Assembly (NCBI RefSeq): GCF_902713615.1
Contig: NW_024055487.1
Coordinates: forward strand, 329,500 to 376,510
DNA from: Scyliorhinus canicula
Taxonomy: Eukaryota
DNA length: 47,011 nucleotides
Direction of reading: 5' to 3'
In this document: piece after piece, positions 43,001-47,011 of the stretch
Layout of the letters: each line of letters begins with the position of its first letter
Numbering within the stretch: the first letter of the stretch is position 1
Made by a program: the position numbers and the translations under genes
Notes under the pieces: generated by a model
Databases searched by the model: none
What the model was told of the DNA's origin: nothing
Seen by the model: the letters and a program-made list of their open reading frames with translations, nothing else

Positions 43001-44410
43001 AATTATGAATTTGCAAAGTAGGTATTTCAATGGGAAATTAATTTCCCGACAGTCAGTGTCCGCTGCTGCATTTTGATCAGAACAATAAGTCCCCCAATCA
43101 CTCCTTGGAAAACAAGTGTTTGAATGGACAGGAGGGGTTTCTGGGTTCAGGTAAATAGATTCACAAATCGCGTGAAGCAGAAACACAGTTTAAAAACACC
43201 CATAAAAATTGATCAAACATGTGAGTTCATTTCAGAATGAATAGAAATGAGAAAATATCACAAAACCAATGGAATACTGCACTGTTGTGGGTTTTATGAA
43301 ATATTGAAGTTTGGGTCATGTTTGTTCCTGTTGGAATAGGTCAGTAGAAAACAGAAATAGGGACATTTCACTTCATACAATAAATATCAAATATCTTCAA
43401 AATCCAGCCAAACGGGCTGGTTTAGCTCACTAGGGGCTGGTTTAGCTCACTGGGCTAAATCGCTGGCTTTTAAAGCAGACCAAGCAGGCCAAGCAGCACG
43501 GTTCGATTCCCGTACCAGCCTTCCCGGACAGGCGTCGGAATGTGGCGACTAGGGGCTTTTCACAGTGACTTCATTGAAGCCTACTCGTGACAATAAGCGA
43601 TTTTCATTTTCATTTCATTTTCAAACTCCTCCTGTTTTCAACCTATTCCAAAGTTAAAACTTGCAGAGAGAACTCCACAGAATGGAGCGACAACTCACCA
43701 ATAAAATACAATAAAATCATTTCAAAATAGATCCAACTAATGTCAGTCCAGTTACTGACCCACACACAATACAATTCCACATGGACAGATAGTCCCAGTA
43801 ATAGAGAGATAATTAGATCAGATATTCCACTCTGGTGAGAGACCCACACTCAGTACAATTCTACACTGACAGATACTTCCAGTAATCCTTGTTCCCGCTG
43901 TCAGATATTCCACTCTTGTTAGAGACCCACACTCAGTAGAATTCTACACTAACAGATACTTCCAGTAACATTCCTCACAGCTGTCAGATATTCCACTCTG
44001 GTTAGTTACCCACACGCAGTCCGCTTTAATTCTTTCTCTTCCTAAACTTCCCATCAGATAAATTTCCTTCACTGAGATCCTATTTAACATTATACAAGAT
44101 CCAACTCAATATAATAACTTCACCGGTCAGAGATCCAGTGAGTACCAAACAGAGGTTTATTGTGATTTGATGGAAGGAATTCAAACCATTGACATGCTTA
44201 AAGACATTTGACAATTATGTAGTTGATCAGGTGTCTGTATAACAGTGAGCACGAGATCGGGATTAAACATTTTCACTCAGAGTTTCAATCAGAGAGCCGC
44301 TCACACACAGATTAACACAAGTTCAATGGTGATAGTCACTTACCAGAAACACCAACGATAGCAACGATTGGGTAGAATATTTTCTCAACCATTTGAATTG
44401 GAAGATGCAT
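40002..44410 (-). CDS. Class A orphan GPCR, GPR139/GPR142-related, 322 aa, two exons (44344-44410 and 40002-40903)
   Basis: Exon 1 MHLPIQMVEKIFYPIVAIVGVS with a gtaagt donor joins in frame to exon 2 (ctgacag acceptor). Seven hydrophobic segments with MATADL, DRF, TPLIP and NTFIY motifs. Confidence 0.88.
41416..41744 (-). mobile_element. HE1-type SINE in the GPCR intron
   Basis: Same core and tail as the other copies. Confidence 0.85.
41770..42330 (-). mobile_element. Decayed Penelope RT fragment
   Basis: Minus strand reads GGTIIVWCTDLFLTETDRQLS and YLLPKIHKQESPSRHIISAC, degenerate forms of KGG..RQL and LPKIHK..GRPIVS. Confidence 0.65.
42815..43040 (+). mobile_element. Decayed CR1 RT fragment
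   Basis: ggtgttccacaaggatcagcactggga corresponds to GVPQGSALG; a remnant of the FADDTK region follows. Confidence 0.55.
43414..43623 (+). mobile_element. Short tRNA-derived SINE with duplicated head
   Basis: gggctggtttagctcact twice, B-box, (tttca)n tail. Confidence 0.82.
43820..44010. repeat. Short ~80-bp tandem repeat, about 2.5 copies
   Basis: cagatattccactct..acccacac.cagt recurs three times. Confidence 0.7.
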
Positions 44411-44789
44411 TGTCAGTGTGAAGTGATGTGTCCTTTCGTGCTGTTGTCAGTCTCTGTGTCTGAAATAAGCGATTTTAATTTCATTTCATTTTCAAACTCC
44501 GAGGTTATATATTCCCAAAGCATTTAATTTATACCCTGGGGAACCACCTCAGGGATATTGAGGTTGTGAAATCGTTCAAGTTATGATTCGAAATATATGA
44601 ACAAACAGCTTACGATATTGTGTTCAGTTAAAGAAAATATTATTTTTTGAGTGAGTGACCACTTTCCAAACACTGAACTGTGTTGATCACATTGTTCAGC
44701 TAACATTAACAGAAAGGATGCTGTCCACTCAGACACCATCAGTCCCATCTCTAGATCTCAGATAGTTACAGTGATAACCCTCACACCAC

Positions 44790-45403
44790 TGTGACCATTC
44801 AGTGATTCAGTTCCAATTGTCAGTGTGTTTCTCTGGGTGGTTCCACTGCACTCTGGGGTGTAGCTGCCTCTGTAACTGTGATCATTCAGTGATTCAGTTC
44901 CAGTTGTCAGTGTGTTTCTCTGGGTGGGTCCACTGCCCTCTGGGGTGTAGCTGCCTCTGTAACTGTGACCATTCAGTGATTCAGTTCCAATTGTCAGTGT
45001 GTTTCTCTGGGTAGTTCCACTGCACTCTGGGGTTTAGCTGTCTCTGTAACTGTGACTATTCAGTGATTCAGTTCCAATTGTCCGTGTGTTTCTCTGGCTG
45101 GTTCCACTGCCCTCTGGGGTGTAGCTGTCTCTGTAACTGTGACCATTCAGTGATTCAGTTCCAATGTCAGTGTGTTTCGCTGGGTGGTTCCACTGCACTC
45201 TGGGGTGTAGCTGCCTCTGTAACTGTGACCATTCAGTGATTCAGTTCCAATTGTCAATGTGTTTCTCTGGGTGGGTCTACTGCACTCTGAGATGTAGCTG
45301 CCTCTGTAACTCTGACCATTCAGTGATTCAGTTCCAATTGTCAGTGTGTTTATCTGGGTGGTTCCACTGCACTCTGGGGTGTAGCTGCCTCTATCTGAGA
45401 CCA
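44790..45403. repeat. 87-bp minisatellite, about 7 copies
   Basis: ccattcagtgattcagttcc starts at 44795, 44882, 44969, 45056, 45143, 45229, 45316. Confidence 0.93.
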
Positions 45404-45689
45404 TTCCTTTATTTGATGTCAGTATGTTCTGTCTGAGCATAAGTAGCAAATTTCAATGTCTCCAAAATCTGGAACTTTCAAAGCACAAAATATGTGATCC
45501 CATATCTAAATCTGATTCAGCCCCTCAAACTAAGAAAATACTTAGAATCATTGGAACCTCAGAAAACTCAAAGGCTGCAGCACATTCAAACTCAGCACCT
45601 CAGAGAGCAGCATTAAATCATATACAGCTGTGAAAACTCATACCCCGTCTCTAACTGATACCGGCCGTCCATCTGATACACAGACTTAA

Positions 45690-47011
45690 ACTGGGAGAGA
45701 GGTGGGGTGAGATGTGGAGGAAGAGAGAACTGGTCTATGAGATGTACTGATAGAAGACAGGGTGAGAGAGAGGGTGGGAGGAGATAGAATGGTAGAGAAA
45801 GTGGGTGGGAGAAATAAAGGATAAAACGAGAGAAGAAGGTAGATTGTCTGAGAGAATGGGAAGCAGAGAGTGGAGAGCGAGTGGGTGAGTGGATGATGGA
45901 GGCAGAGTGTGTGAGAAGGATGGTGGATAAAATACCAAAATAATCTTAGACATAAGGAAAGGAGAGAGCGACTGAGTGACTGAGGGAGTGGGAGAGGGAA
46001 AGATTGTGAGAGAAAGTATGAGGGGGAGAGTGTGTGAGAGAATGTGTGAGAGAGAGAAAGTGTGAGAGAGGGTAAGTGTGAGAGAGGGAAAGAGAGTGAG
46101 AGGAAGTGTCAGTGAGGGAGTTGTGTGAGATGGAGGGAGGCATGGAGGGATAGAGATATAGGGATGGAGAGAGTGTGAGAGAGGAACAGAGTGTGAAAGT
46201 GTCTAACGGAGATGTGCGAGAGGAAGGGAGGCATGAAGAAGAGAGAGAGAGATGGAGGGGAGAGTGTGAGAGAGGGACTGAGTGTGAGAGAAAGTGTATA
46301 AAGGAGGTGTGAGAGAGGGAGGGAGGGAGGCATGAAGGGAGGGAGAGAGAGGCAGGGGGAGAGTGTGAGAGGAGGACAGAATGTGAGAGGGGGGTAAGTG
46401 TGAGACAAGAGGAAATGTGTCACAGAGAATGGGAGAGTGGGAGTGAGTATCAATGAAGAAGAAAGTATGAGAGAGGCAGTAATTTGAGAGAGGGAGTGTG
46501 AGGGATGGAGGGAGTGTGAGAGAGGGAGGAGTGTGAGAGAGGGAAGAGTGTGAGAAAGGGAGAGTGAATGAGACAGGGAGATGTTTGACCGGAAGATAGT
46601 GTAAGAGAAGAGAAGTCGAGAGGGAGACAGAGAGGCAGAGAGGAGAGAGTGGGAGAGAGGAGGTGAGTAGGTAGAGAAGTGTCAGAGGGAGAGAGTGTGA
46701 GAGGGGAGAGTGTGAGAGGGTGGAGTGCAAGAGAGGAGTGAGTACAAGAAGAGCGAAAGGGGAGACCAAGAGAGTGCGAGAGAGGTTAGAGTGTGCGAGA
46801 GGGGCAGACTGTGAGAGAGAGGGTTGAGAGAGGGGGTGTGAGATGGGACAGAGTGTGAGAGGCGGAGAGGGTGTGAGAGAGGAGTGTGAGAGAGGGTTAG
46901 AGTGCGCGAGCTAGGGGACAGTGTGGGAGAGGGCGAGGGTGTGCGGGAGAGTGTGTGAGAGAGGTAGAGAGTGTGAGAGAGGGAGAGAGTGTGAGAGAGG
47001 GGGTGAGAGAG
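45690..47011. repeat. Purine-rich (GA/GT) low-complexity tract
   Basis: Degenerate gagagagtgt repeats; almost no C on the plus strand. Confidence 0.9.

Noticed and set aside
45735-46769. Leu/Ser/Pro/His-rich minus-strand ORFs
   Set aside because: Artefacts of the low-complexity purine tract.

Overview
Eukaryotic DNA, most likely from a cartilaginous fish (inferred from HE1-type SINEs, a HER1/CR1-type LINE and shark-style TCR V and GPCR genes). It has four zones. (1) 1-13.2 kb: one 12.85-kb composite Penelope-like (PLE) insertion bounded by a 12-bp target-site duplication inside an old L1 relic. It holds 2.5 tandem 2984-bp units on the minus strand (two with intact 905-aa RT/GIY-YIG ORFs), a template-switch junction, an inverted arm interrupted by a young 5'-truncated L1, and four minimal hammerhead ribozymes. 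(2) 13.3-28.6 kb: a tRNA cluster. Its main part is a ~2.4-kb tandem unit carrying a tRNA-Pro(TGG) with an 18-nt intron at the canonical 37/38 site, a Val-type tRNA whose anticodon differs between copies, and the tail of a second PLE family. (3) 17.4-32.1 kb: four T-cell-receptor alpha/delta-type V segments interleaved with that cluster; one is intact with a leader and a 23-RSS, three are pseudogenes. (4) 33.6-47 kb: a near full-length CR1 LINE, a solo LTR, minisatellites, a two-exon GPR139-like GPCR gene and a purine-rich tract. The best leads are the intron-bearing tRNA-Pro array, the tRNA/TCR-V interleaving and the architecture of the Penelope insertion. No database searches were run, so all novelty statements need checking.
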